A DNA stretch of 24,324 bases from the IMG/VR virus record IMGVR_UViG_3300037313_000380, positions 1 through 24,324 of that record; one strand, given 5' to 3'. This stretch comes from a virus (Duplodnaviria; Caudoviricetes). The notes beneath the pieces were generated by a model. The model saw only the letters and a list, made by a program, of their open reading frames with translations. It was not told the origin of the DNA and ran no database searches. Within the stretch, counting starts at the first letter, position 1; each line of letters begins with the position of its first letter. Of the stretch, positions 16,301-24,324 are shown one piece after another. Both the position numbers and the translations under genes were made by a program.

Positions 16301-17794
16301 GTGGCGACAGCCGACCAGGCCCTGAAGTGGGTCGAGAAGCTCTACGCCGTTCTCGTGGGCCGCCGGCCGCAGATCACAGAGGCGTTCGAATACTTCGAGG
16401 GCGAGCAGAAGCTCGTATACGCCACTCCGCAGTGGCGCGACTTCCACGAGAAGCGGTACGACGGCTTCTCTGACAACTGGTGTGGTGTTGTCGGTAGGGC
16501 ACCGGTCGACCGACAGCGCATCGATGGCTTCCGTCTCGGCAGTTCGACTGACGTCATCACTGATGACGAGAAGCAGCTGTGGAAGGACTGGAACCGCAAC
16601 GAGCTGGGTGCGCAGTCGAACCAGGGCTTCCTAACCTCGACCATCGCGAAGCGGTCCGCCGCGTTCGTGTGGGGCAACGCCGACGACGAGCCGGTTGTGA
16701 CGTGGGAGCACCCCTCGCAGGTCGTCGTCGCGTACTCCCAGGACGGCACCCGGACCCGCCTGGCGGCCCTGAAGTCGTGGGCCGAGGGCGACATCGAGTA
16801 CGCCACGCTGCAACTCCCCGATGGGCTGTGGAAGTTCCAGCGGAACACAGGCGTGCAGGTCACTGACGGCCGCACACCCGGCGGGATCTACGTCTTCGGC
16901 AAGGGCTTCACGCCGGGCGGCGGCGGCTGGGAGCCGCGCGAGGTCGACGACGTGTGGCCGCTGCCGAACCCGCTCGGCCGGGTCTCGTTCGTCGAGTGGC
17001 CGAACCGTCCCCTGCTCGGTGGCGAGCCCATCTCCGACATCACCGGCACGATGGCCATGCAGAACGCCATCAACATGCTCTGGGCGTACCTCTTCACCGC
17101 CGCAGACCACGCGTCGATGCCCGCCCGGGTGGTCCTCGGTGCCGAGCCCCCGAAGATCCCGATCCTGAACTCCGACGGCCAGGTCATCGGCTCGAAGCCC
17201 GCGAAGATCGAGGACCTGGCCAAGGGTCGGCTCTTGTTCCTTCCCGGCTCGGGCAACAACCAGCCGACCATCGCCCAGTGGGACGCGGCCAAGCTCGACG
17301 TGTTCACCGGTGTCGTGTCTGAGGCCATCGGCCACATCGCGGCACAGACGTCGACGCCGGGCCACTACCTGCTGACCAACGAGAAGTTTGCGAACCTCAA
17401 CGGCGACGCCCTCACCGCAGCCGAAGTGCCGCTCGCTACGAAGGTCGCGAACCAGCAGGTGCACTTCAACCCTGCGGCGAAGGAGACCGCTGCGCTCATG
17501 GCCCAGGTTCGCGGAAAGAGCGACCTCGCCGCCGCGATCCGCGAGGCAGACGGCCGCCAGTTCACCCAGTGGAAGGACCCGGCGATGCACTCGCTGGGCC
17601 AGGTGTCCGACGCAGCGACGAAGGACCGGGCGGTGGGCATGTCGCTGCGTACGACGCTCGAGCGACGCTACGGGATGACCGAGCAGGAGATCGACCGGGA
17701 GCTCGACCGGATCCGCACCGAGCAGACCGATCCGATCCTCTCGCAGATCCTGAAGGACTCAGTTGGCAACGCCGACACTGGCGCAGGCGCGTAG
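16301..17794 (+). CDS. Portal protein (SPP1 gp6-like)
   Basis: 497 aa after terL. YFEGEQ, DNWCGVV, W..NEL, PNPLGRV, SDI…QNAIN. AAGGAGG RBS. Confidence 0.9.
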   Translation: MATADQALKWVEKLYAVLVGRRPQITEAFEYFEGEQKLVYATPQWRDFHEKRYDGFSDNWCGVVGRAPVDRQRIDGFRLGSSTDVITDDEKQLWKDWNRNELGAQSNQGFLTSTIAKRSAAFVWGNADDEPVVTWEHPSQVVVAYSQDGTRTRLAALKSWAEGDIEYATLQLPDGLWKFQRNTGVQVTDGRTPGGIYVFGKGFTPGGGGWEPREVDDVWPLPNPLGRVSFVEWPNRPLLGGEPISDITGTMAMQNAINMLWAYLFTAADHASMPARVVLGAEPPKIPILNSDGQVIGSKPAKIEDLAKGRLLFLPGSGNNQPTIAQWDAAKLDVFTGVVSEAIGHIAAQTSTPGHYLLTNEKFANLNGDALTAAEVPLATKVANQQVHFNPAAKETAALMAQVRGKSDLAAAIREADGRQFTQWKDPAMHSLGQVSDAATKDRAVGMSLRTTLERRYGMTEQEIDRELDRIRTEQTDPILSQILKDSVGNADTGAGA

Positions 17795-18731
17795 CCACTA
17801 CGGCCGCCAGCGGCGCATCGGCTTCGCTGCCCTCGCTGCGGTCCGGCGCCTGTTCGCGACCACCCCTAAACCGACCGTGCCGCAGATCGCCGCGACAACG
17901 GCCGGTTACCAGCTCGCATCCGCGTCGCTGGCGTCGCACACGGTTGCAGGGTTCGCTGACTCCTCGCAGCCGCTCACGGTGCCGTCACTGTTCATGGGCG
18001 TCTCGTCGTACGGCTTCCCCCTGACCGAGCCAATCATCGCCACCATCGACCGGCACGTCCCGGCACCCGCCGAGGCGCTCCCGGCGCCATGGTGGGACGA
18101 GGCGCAGGCGTTCATGGCCGACCTCGAACAGTTGTTGCTGTCCGAGATCGCAGACGCCGGCCGCACCGCCTCGCAGGTTGAGATCGTTGGCCGACCCGAC
18201 TGGACCAACTACGTACGGATGCTGAACCCGCCGTCGTGTGCCCGTTGTGTGATCCTCGCCGGCCGGATCTACCGGGACCTCGACGCGTTCGACCGTCACC
18301 CGCTGTGCGACTGCGTCATGGTGCCCGTTGAGAACTGGCAGGCTGCGCACGACGCTGGCCTGATCTCCTCCGCCCAGGACGCGTTCGACCGCGGCGACAT
18401 TGCGACGCACCGCACGCTGCCCAACGGGACGCGCCGCCGCGAGCCGGGCCTGTCCAAGGCCGACCTGCAGGCGATCGGCGACGGCGCGAACATCGTCGAG
18501 GTCGTCAACGCCACCCGCGGCCTCAACGCCCCCGGCATCACCGCCGCGCTTCGCACCGAGGTGTTCGACCGGAAGGTGAAGGCGACCACAGACGGCACCA
18601 CGAAGCGCGCCGCGTGGCGCAAGGCCAACCCCACCCGACTCGTGCGGCTCCGCCCGGAGAGCATCTACGCCTTTGCCAGCGATCGCGACGACGCGATCCG
18701 GCTGCTGAAGCTCTACGGCTACATCCGATGA
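17763..18731 (+). CDS. MuF-like minor head protein
   Basis: YVRMLNPPSCARCVILAG…FDRHPLCDC motif, between portal and scaffold; TTG start after AAGGA. Confidence 0.75.
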   Translation: MATPTLAQARSHYGRQRRIGFAALAAVRRLFATTPKPTVPQIAATTAGYQLASASLASHTVAGFADSSQPLTVPSLFMGVSSYGFPLTEPIIATIDRHVPAPAEALPAPWWDEAQAFMADLEQLLLSEIADAGRTASQVEIVGRPDWTNYVRMLNPPSCARCVILAGRIYRDLDAFDRHPLCDCVMVPVENWQAAHDAGLISSAQDAFDRGDIATHRTLPNGTRRREPGLSKADLQAIGDGANIVEVVNATRGLNAPGITAALRTEVFDRKVKATTDGTTKRAAWRKANPTRLVRLRPESIYAFASDRDDAIRLLKLYGYIR

Positions 18732-18778
18732 CTTCCTGACGCGCAAGGCGTCGGGCCGACTCCGCAACGGAGATCAAC

Positions 18779-19495
18779 ATGCAGAATAGTCAGTTCGTCA
18801 TCCCCGCGCACATCGCCGCCAAGGTCGAGGAGATCATGGCCGCCAGCCGCGCGCGGTTCGGTCACGACGCCTTCCGCATGGAGGACCCGCCGGCCGACAC
18901 TCCGCCGGCCGACTCACCCCCCGCGACGGACCCGCCGGCCGACACTGTGCCCGCCGACGACCCGCCCCCAGCCGATCTCGGCGACGCAGGCAAGAAGGCG
19001 CTCGACGCCATGAAGGCCGAGCGGAAGGCAGCCCGAGAGGAAGCGGCCGCGGCCAAGGCAGAGCGCGACGCCCTGCAGGCCAAGCTCGACGGCAAGGAAG
19101 CCGAGCACACCGCCGCACAGGAGAAGGCAGCCCTCGAGGCTGCTGCACTCGCGAAGGCGAACCAGCGCATCGTGCGATCCGAAGTCAAGGCGGCCGCCAA
19201 GGGCCTGCTCGCCGACCCGCAGGACGCCTACAAGTTCCTCGACCTCGACACGTTCGAGGTCGACGACGACGGCAACGTCGACGAGGGCGCGATCACCGAA
19301 GCCCTCAAGAAACTCGTCGCAGCAAAGCCCTATCTCGCAGCGCAAGGCAGCCAGTTCGGGAACGCGGACGCCGGACCTCGCAACGAGGACCGGAAGTCCA
19401 TCGACGCACAGATCGCCGACGCCCAGAAGGCCGGCGACGTCCAACTCGCCATCGCGCTCAAGCAGCAGCGCGCGGCTGAACTCGCCAAGAAATAG
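18779..19495 (+). CDS. Capsid scaffolding protein
   Basis: Pro/Asp repeats (DPPAD/PPAD), LGDAGKKAL followed by an Ala/Lys/Glu coiled coil, KPYLAA; directly before the MCP. Confidence 0.85.
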   Translation: MQNSQFVIPAHIAAKVEEIMAASRARFGHDAFRMEDPPADTPPADSPPATDPPADTVPADDPPPADLGDAGKKALDAMKAERKAAREEAAAAKAERDALQAKLDGKEAEHTAAQEKAALEAAALAKANQRIVRSEVKAAAKGLLADPQDAYKFLDLDTFEVDDDGNVDEGAITEALKKLVAAKPYLAAQGSQFGNADAGPRNEDRKSIDAQIADAQKAGDVQLAIALKQQRAAELAKK

Positions 19496-19506
19496 GAGAA
19501 ACGCCC

Positions 19507-20700
19507 ATGTCTGGAATCACCGGTCTCGGCACGACCTTCAACCTGCCGAACTACCACGGCGAGCTCTTCGCCGTGTCCCCGTCCGACACCCCGCTCCTGT
19601 CCGCCTCGGGTGGCCTCGGGAACGCGGGCGAGGTCACCGACACGCTCGTCGAGTGGCAGAAGTACGACCTGCGCGACCCGTCGATCCGGACGCGTCTCGA
19701 GGGTGCGGACGCCCCGACCGCCGAGGAGCGGGTGCGCGGCAACGTCAGCAACCGCCTGCAGATCTTCCACGAGGCCGTCTCGACCTCGTACACCAAGCAG
19801 GCTGCGACCGGCCGCTACGGTTCCGCCGCTGGCGGCACACCGAACCCCGTCAAGAACGAGCACTCCTGGCAGGTCATGCAGGCGCTCAAGCAGATCGCCC
19901 GGGACGTGAACTTCTCGTTCTGGAACGCGGTCCGCGTGGACCCGGCGGACAACACCACCGCGCGTCAGATGGCGGGCCTCCTGTCCGTCATCTCGACCAA
20001 CGCGAAGGTGAAGGATGGCTCCACGCTCCTCACCGGCGCGTCGGCCGCGACCGACACGATCACGGTTACGCACTCGCTGGCTGTGAACGACAAGGTTGTG
20101 TTCACCGACGTGGGCGCTTCGACGACCATCGTGGCCGGCCGCGCCTACTGGGTGAAGTCGGTGTCCACCACGGCGTCGTTCAAGATCAGCGCCACCAAGG
20201 GTGGGGCCGCGATCACCGTCGGCACCGCGACGGTCAGCTTCTACGAGCTGCCCGCCGCGAACGTCGCCGCAGTCGGTGACGTCAACCTGCTCCTGCAGTC
20301 GGCCTACGACAACGGTGGCATCAGCGACCAGGGCACCGCCACCCTGTTCGTGCCGTCGGGTCAGAAGCTCGGCATCACCGCGGCCTACGCCGCCGCGTAC
20401 GGCAAGGCCGACCCGCTGGCCGGCACCCGGAACGTCGGTGGCGTCGCGGTCAACACGATCGTGACCGACTTCGGCACGCTCAACGTCGCGATCGACCGGG
20501 CCCTGCCCGCCGACGCGATCACGGTCGTGTCGCTTGAGCAGATCCAGCCTGCGTTCCTCAACGTCGAGGGCAAGGGCGTGCTGTTCGAGGAGGAGCTGGC
20601 CAAGACCGGCGCCTCCGACAAGACGCAGCTGTACGGCGAGATCGGGCTCGCCTACGGCAACGAGGCGTCGCACGCGGTCATGCGCGGCGTGTTCGCCTGA
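19507..20700 (+). CDS. Major capsid protein (SU10/DUF5309-like) with an internal insertion domain
   Basis: TTFNLPNYHGELF…DTPLLS…EGADAP…QIFHEAVS…TDFG…LAKTG…GEIGL.YG.E..H; AGGAG RBS; follows the scaffold. Confidence 0.88.
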   Translation: MSGITGLGTTFNLPNYHGELFAVSPSDTPLLSASGGLGNAGEVTDTLVEWQKYDLRDPSIRTRLEGADAPTAEERVRGNVSNRLQIFHEAVSTSYTKQAATGRYGSAAGGTPNPVKNEHSWQVMQALKQIARDVNFSFWNAVRVDPADNTTARQMAGLLSVISTNAKVKDGSTLLTGASAATDTITVTHSLAVNDKVVFTDVGASTTIVAGRAYWVKSVSTTASFKISATKGGAAITVGTATVSFYELPAANVAAVGDVNLLLQSAYDNGGISDQGTATLFVPSGQKLGITAAYAAAYGKADPLAGTRNVGGVAVNTIVTDFGTLNVAIDRALPADAITVVSLEQIQPAFLNVEGKGVLFEEELAKTGASDKTQLYGEIGLAYGNEASHAVMRGVFA

Positions 20701-20736
20701 ACTGCTGCACCACTCAACGCGTAAGGGAGGTCCGTC

Positions 20737-21318
20737 GTGGCTCTAGATCCTCTGGCAACCACGGCGGACCTCTCTGCGCGCGGCATCACCGAGCCAAGCG
20801 ACAGGCTCGACACAGCTCTGGCCATCGCATCGGACGCGATCCGGGACGCGGCCCGGGCGACGATTAGCGAAGTGACGTCGACCATCGTCGTGAACGCCGG
20901 CGACGGGAACTTGCTCGGCCTTCCTGGGCCGGTCATCTCCGTAGCCGCGGTGTCCATCGACGGGACGACGCTTGGTCCGCGTGACTACGAGACGCTCCCC
21001 AACGGTCTGTGGCGCAGCTGCGGCTGGGCCGTCTGTGGACGCCCGGTCCCGGTGACCGTGACCTACACCCACGGACTCGCCACCGTTCCGGCGGACATCG
21101 TTGACCTGACGTGTTCGCTGGCGAAGGCGTGGCTCGACCACATCGCCGCGGGGGGCGGCTCGGTCGCCGGACTCGCGTCCGTGCGGCTCGACGACGCAGC
21201 TGAGTCGTACACCGACGAGGCGGCCAGCCAGATCTCCCCCGCGTTCATCCCCGAGGCGACCCGCACATGGCTCGCTGGTCGGTTCGGTGGCGGCGTTGAG
21301 GTGGTCGAGTTCCTGTGA
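20737..21318 (+). CDS. Head-to-tail adaptor
   Basis: LATTADL…ASDAIR…VTVTYTHG…VPADIV; first gene after the MCP. Confidence 0.8.
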   Translation: MALDPLATTADLSARGITEPSDRLDTALAIASDAIRDAARATISEVTSTIVVNAGDGNLLGLPGPVISVAAVSIDGTTLGPRDYETLPNGLWRSCGWAVCGRPVPVTVTYTHGLATVPADIVDLTCSLAKAWLDHIAAGGGSVAGLASVRLDDAAESYTDEAASQISPAFIPEATRTWLAGRFGGGVEVVEFL

Positions 21319-21734
21319 GGGCTGCCTCCCGGCTGGGCGCCTTCCAGGCGCGCGCGGAGTCGATGATGACTCTCACGCTCGCAGCGCTCGAGCCGGACGG
21401 CACCGACACTGTCGCCGGCCTCGAGGTGCAGGCGTACACCCAGCACGACGACACCCCGGGGAAGGTGCAGGGCGGCTCCACCTCGACCGCGGACACCACG
21501 ACGGAGTACGTCACGATCGGCGGCGTACAGCGCCCACTCATGCGCGGCGGCCTGCACATCCCTGTAGGCGCAGAACTCCCAACCGCCGGGGATCAGGGCG
21601 TCGGCTGGGAGTACGCCGTGACGGCCGTAGGTCCATTCGATGACCCGACGCTGCTGAACCGCCGGTACCTCGTGGTGAACGCCCCGGCGAAGTCGTACGC
21701 GACCGCTCGACGACTCGACGTGGTGGAGGTCTGA
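21315..21734 (+). CDS. Head-to-tail stopper (head closure, DUF6093-like)
   Basis: AESMM…LHIPVG…KSYATARRL; gene order. Confidence 0.7.
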   Translation: MRAASRLGAFQARAESMMTLTLAALEPDGTDTVAGLEVQAYTQHDDTPGKVQGGSTSTADTTTEYVTIGGVQRPLMRGGLHIPVGAELPTAGDQGVGWEYAVTAVGPFDDPTLLNRRYLVVNAPAKSYATARRLDVVEV

Positions 21735-21735
21735 C

Positions 21736-22152
21736 ATGGCTCGCATCCGTGTGACCCACACGCTTGACGACCTCGAGGGCGACTTCCGGCACATCGAACG
21801 CACCGCACGCGGTGACATGCGCGACACGGTCCGCGACGGCATCCGTGCCGGAAACGAACTCGCGAAGGACTTCGCGAAGGCGAAGAACGGTCCCAATAGC
21901 CACTCGCGGAAGTATCCCGGCAAGTTCTCCGCTGAGATGCGCCCGGGGCTGGGATTGTTCGGTAACACGTTCTCTGGCGAGTACGGCCCGCGCCACGAGG
22001 GGCAGGGCGAGCTCGCGGGCATCCTCGAGAACGGTTCCCGGAGCGGTAACGCGGCTCAGCTGAACCTGGCGCGCTCGGCCGACATCATCGGCCCGTCGTT
22101 CGCCCAGGAGGTCCGCGGGCTCATCGACCATTGGTTCTGGCCGAACCGATGA
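21736..22152 (+). CDS. Neck/tail completion protein (HK97 gp10-like position)
   Basis: Gene order; GP…QG.LAGILENGS motif; GGAGG RBS. Confidence 0.6.
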   Translation: MARIRVTHTLDDLEGDFRHIERTARGDMRDTVRDGIRAGNELAKDFAKAKNGPNSHSRKYPGKFSAEMRPGLGLFGNTFSGEYGPRHEGQGELAGILENGSRSGNAAQLNLARSADIIGPSFAQEVRGLIDHWFWPNR

Positions 22153-22529
22153 GCGAGAAGGCGCACCTCGACGCAGTTGTCGCACTGCTGACAGCCGAGG
22201 ACGCGCGACCGTTCACGCTGCAGCAGCTGAAGGACCTCGGGACGGCGCTGCCTGAGCAGTACAACGAGGTCCAGGTGGCTCAGCGGTTCGGCTCGGGACC
22301 TCGACGCGCTGGTGCTCCCTCTGCGGTCACACAGTGGCGCGTCCTGGTTCGTTCCGTGGCGAAGAAGTACGGCAACGCGCAGGAGATGCGCAAGCGGGCT
22401 GATGCCGCCCTGCAGGAGGCGAAGGTGACCGTCGGCGGCGAGGACTTCTTCATCGAGCGCTCGGTCTCTGACGACCCGATCGGCGAGGACGACGGCTGGT
22501 GGTCCGGCGTCTCTGAGTTCGCGTACTGA
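22149..22529 (+). CDS. Putative tail terminator
   Basis: ATGA overlap; size and position before the major tail gene. Confidence 0.6.
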   Translation: MSEKAHLDAVVALLTAEDARPFTLQQLKDLGTALPEQYNEVQVAQRFGSGPRRAGAPSAVTQWRVLVRSVAKKYGNAQEMRKRADAALQEAKVTVGGEDFFIERSVSDDPIGEDDGWWSGVSEFAY

Positions 22530-22573
22530 CCGACCACCGTCCACATCACCAAGCCCGCAAGGGAGGCAGCACC

Positions 22574-22783
22574 ATGCCCGATTTCCCGGAGTTCATCCGC
22601 GTCCGGATCAAGGACAGCGACACCGAGTGCACCATCGCGAAGCCCGAGGCCATCGACCCGGAGGTTTACGAGGTGCTCAAGGAGCCGGCCGTCGACGACA
22701 ACGGCCGTGCACTGCCCCCCAAGTTCCCGGAGAAGAGCAAGAACCAGTCCGGCCAGAAGGCCGCCACCGAGAAGGAGTCCTGA
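22574..22783 (+). CDS. Small hypothetical protein, 69 aa
   Basis: GGGAGG RBS; lies between the tail terminator and major tail genes. Confidence 0.7.
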   Translation: MPDFPEFIRVRIKDSDTECTIAKPEAIDPEVYEVLKEPAVDDNGRALPPKFPEKSKNQSGQKAATEKES

Positions 22784-22784
22784 C

Positions 22785-23318
22785 ATGACGGCACCTCTGC
22801 GCCCCGCTGCGACGAAGGCGTACCTGCGCAAGAAGATCATCCTGGTCAAGGACCCGGCGTACGACCCGGCCGCCCCGTCCCTGGCGATCCTGAACGGCGC
22901 TTCGGCGCTGGACGTGACGAACATGTTCTTCACGTCGTCCGCGAAGCCGGACCAGTCCACCAACATGGCGCGCGCACCGAAGCGTGTCGGCGACGGTGTC
23001 ACCTACGAGTTCGTCGGCGAGACGCAGAGCTCGATCGGTGAGGTTCGCTACGCGGTCGACCCGCAGGCCGCGGCCCTGTCGGACGGCGTGAAGTGCATGG
23101 AGTTCCTGCCCGAGGGGACGACCGGCTACTACGTCTGCCGCTACGGCATCGACCGCGACACGAACCTCGCGACCACCCAGCGGGTGACGTCGCGCCCCTT
23201 CGAGGCCGGCCCGCAGCTGGAGGACGAGGAGGGCGACGCCGAGGGCGCCGAGATGGCGATCAAGCAGGCGCTCGCCGCGACCGGCCCGCAGTCGATGCGC
23301 AAGGCCATCGTCGCCTGA
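22785..23318 (+). CDS. Major tail protein
   Basis: AAGGAG RBS. DPAAPSLA.LN…DVT…DPQA…EGTTGY…R.G; followed by a strong hairpin and the chaperone gene. Confidence 0.8.
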   Translation: MTAPLRPAATKAYLRKKIILVKDPAYDPAAPSLAILNGASALDVTNMFFTSSAKPDQSTNMARAPKRVGDGVTYEFVGETQSSIGEVRYAVDPQAAALSDGVKCMEFLPEGTTGYYVCRYGIDRDTNLATTQRVTSRPFEAGPQLEDEEGDAEGAEMAIKQALAATGPQSMRKAIVA

Positions 23319-23327
23319 TCCCCCGAC

Positions 23328-23368
23328 GACCCGCCGCCGGTTCGCCGGGAGCCGGCGGCGGGTCTCTC
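23328..23368 (+). terminator. Strong GC stem-loop after the major tail gene
   Basis: GACCCGCCGCCGGTTC (23328-23343) pairs with GAGCCGGCGGCGGGTC (23349-23364): 16 bp with one G-U. The U tract is weak. Confidence 0.6.
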
Positions 23369-23398
23369 CCGGCATCCCGGACAGGAGTGTGTTTCCCA

Positions 23399-24031
23399 AT
23401 GGCTCTACTGAAGCCACGCACAGCGACGGTCGTGCTCTACCAAGGCGACGACATGGAGCGGCTGACCGACTTGCGTCGCGCGGCGGACGCCGCAGAGATT
23501 CAGGCTCACGCCGACCTCCAGTCCGCGACCCACATGCCGAAGCGACTGGGCGATGAGGCGCCGATCGAGGCGTTCCGCGAGGCTGTGCAGCCGACGCGGG
23601 CCGCCCTCAATGCGTTCATCGACGAGGCCGCCGAGCGCGCGGTCGAGATCCAGATTCAGGCGATCGGCTCGACCCGGTTCATGGATCTCGTGCTGGCCCA
23701 TCCGCCACGCCAGGTGCAGGTCGACGGGAAGACGGTCGACCACCCGGACGACGCAGCGTTCGCGGACTACCTGCTGCACTATGGGATCGAGGACGGCGCG
23801 GTGAACACCGCCACCTTCCCGAAGGCGCTGCTCAAGCATCGTGAGGGCAGGCGGACCATCGTGGACCCGGATCTGTCCGAAGAGGACCTGGCCGAGTTCC
23901 TTGACGAGGAGTGCTCGGCTGGGCACATCGACGAGATGTGGCGGGTGGCGTACCTGCTCAATCGAGCGGTGACGGTTGACCCAAAAGGGGCGAGGTTCTT
24001 GAACAACGACCCGACGTTGCCGCCGAGCTAG
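23399..24031 (+). CDS. Tail assembly chaperone (short form, lambda gpG-like)
   Basis: AGGAG RBS; follows the major tail gene; near its end is VDPKG with a slippery heptamer. Confidence 0.8.
   Translation: MALLKPRTATVVLYQGDDMERLTDLRRAADAAEIQAHADLQSATHMPKRLGDEAPIEAFREAVQPTRAALNAFIDEAAERAVEIQIQAIGSTRFMDLVLAHPPRQVQVDGKTVDHPDDAAFADYLLHYGIEDGAVNTATFPKALLKHREGRRTIVDPDLSEEDLAEFLDEECSAGHIDEMWRVAYLLNRAVTVDPKGARFLNNDPTLPPS
23980..23986 (+). other. Programmed -1 ribosomal frameshift site C CCA AAA
   Basis: X XXY YYZ heptamer in the correct phase; the -1 frame is open to the window end. Confidence 0.75.
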
Positions 24032-24324
24032 ATCTCGTCGCGTCGCTGGGCCTCACGATCGAGCAGTGGGACGCGCTCGCCGATTCCGAGCGTGAGTGGT
24101 GGCGAGCGCGGCGAGCACGACGCGAGTCGGAACACGCGCCGCCGGGAGTGACGCCGCACTCACATGATGCGTGCGGCGACGACGAGCGGGTCTGGTACCC
24201 GCAGATGATCGTATGCCGGGTCGAGATGGAGACCGCGTCGGCACTGGCGGCGTACCGGCGACTTCACGAGAAGCGGCCCTGGCACGACGGCACCTTCACC
24301 GACTGGGCCGAAGAGCAGTCGGAG
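23986..24324 (+). CDS. Tail assembly chaperone long-form (gpGT-like) extension, partial
   Basis: The -1 frame reads RGEVLEQRPDVAAELDLVASLGLTIEQWDAL…WYPQMIVC…PWHDGTFTDWAEEQSE with no stop and no evident start of its own. Confidence 0.75.

Larger units (their letters stand above)
1..24324 (+). mobile_element. Siphovirus-type actinobacteriophage/prophage segment (recombination/replication module through head and tail morphogenesis); both ends lie outside the window
   Basis: Canonical order HNH-terS-terL-portal-MuF-scaffold-MCP-connectors-major tail-chaperone, preceded by RecET-like, clamp and methylase genes. High GC and a whiB-like gene point to an actinobacterial host. No integrase or att site is visible. 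Confidence 0.95.

Noticed and set aside
14468-16447. 659-aa minus-strand ORF, and similar long antisense ORFs at 51-935, 3064-4488, 8013-9473, 11421-12527, 16631-17590 and 19330-20673
   Set aside because: These are shadows of well-supported + strand genes in high-GC DNA and carry no recognisable motifs.

Overview
The whole window is a contiguous piece of a high-GC, actinobacterial-type siphovirus or prophage, with every credible gene on the + strand. Bases 1-12755 form a tightly coupled early/middle gene run (mostly ATGA/GTGA/TGATG overlaps). It encodes a YqaJ exonuclease plus RecT recombinase, a phage DnaN sliding clamp, a C5 cytosine methyltransferase, an SNF2-helicase/amino-methyltransferase fusion, RNase H, a split replication-initiator locus with iteron-like repeats, and a Cys-rich HTH regulator. 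A candidate late promoter follows, then a hidden zinc-finger micro-ORF, a frameshifted whiB-like gene, an HNH endonuclease, the terminase subunits, portal, MuF-like protein, scaffold, a major capsid protein with an inserted domain, head-tail connectors, the major tail protein, and a tail assembly chaperone with a -1 slippery site whose shifted frame runs off the window end. The most notable observations are paired GCAAG/GCAAC-loop hairpins at late-gene ribosome-binding sites, similar Cys/His modules on both recombination proteins, clamp-binding-like motifs in several proteins near the phage's own clamp, and the broken whiB. All calls come from reading motifs and gene order by eye; no searches were run.
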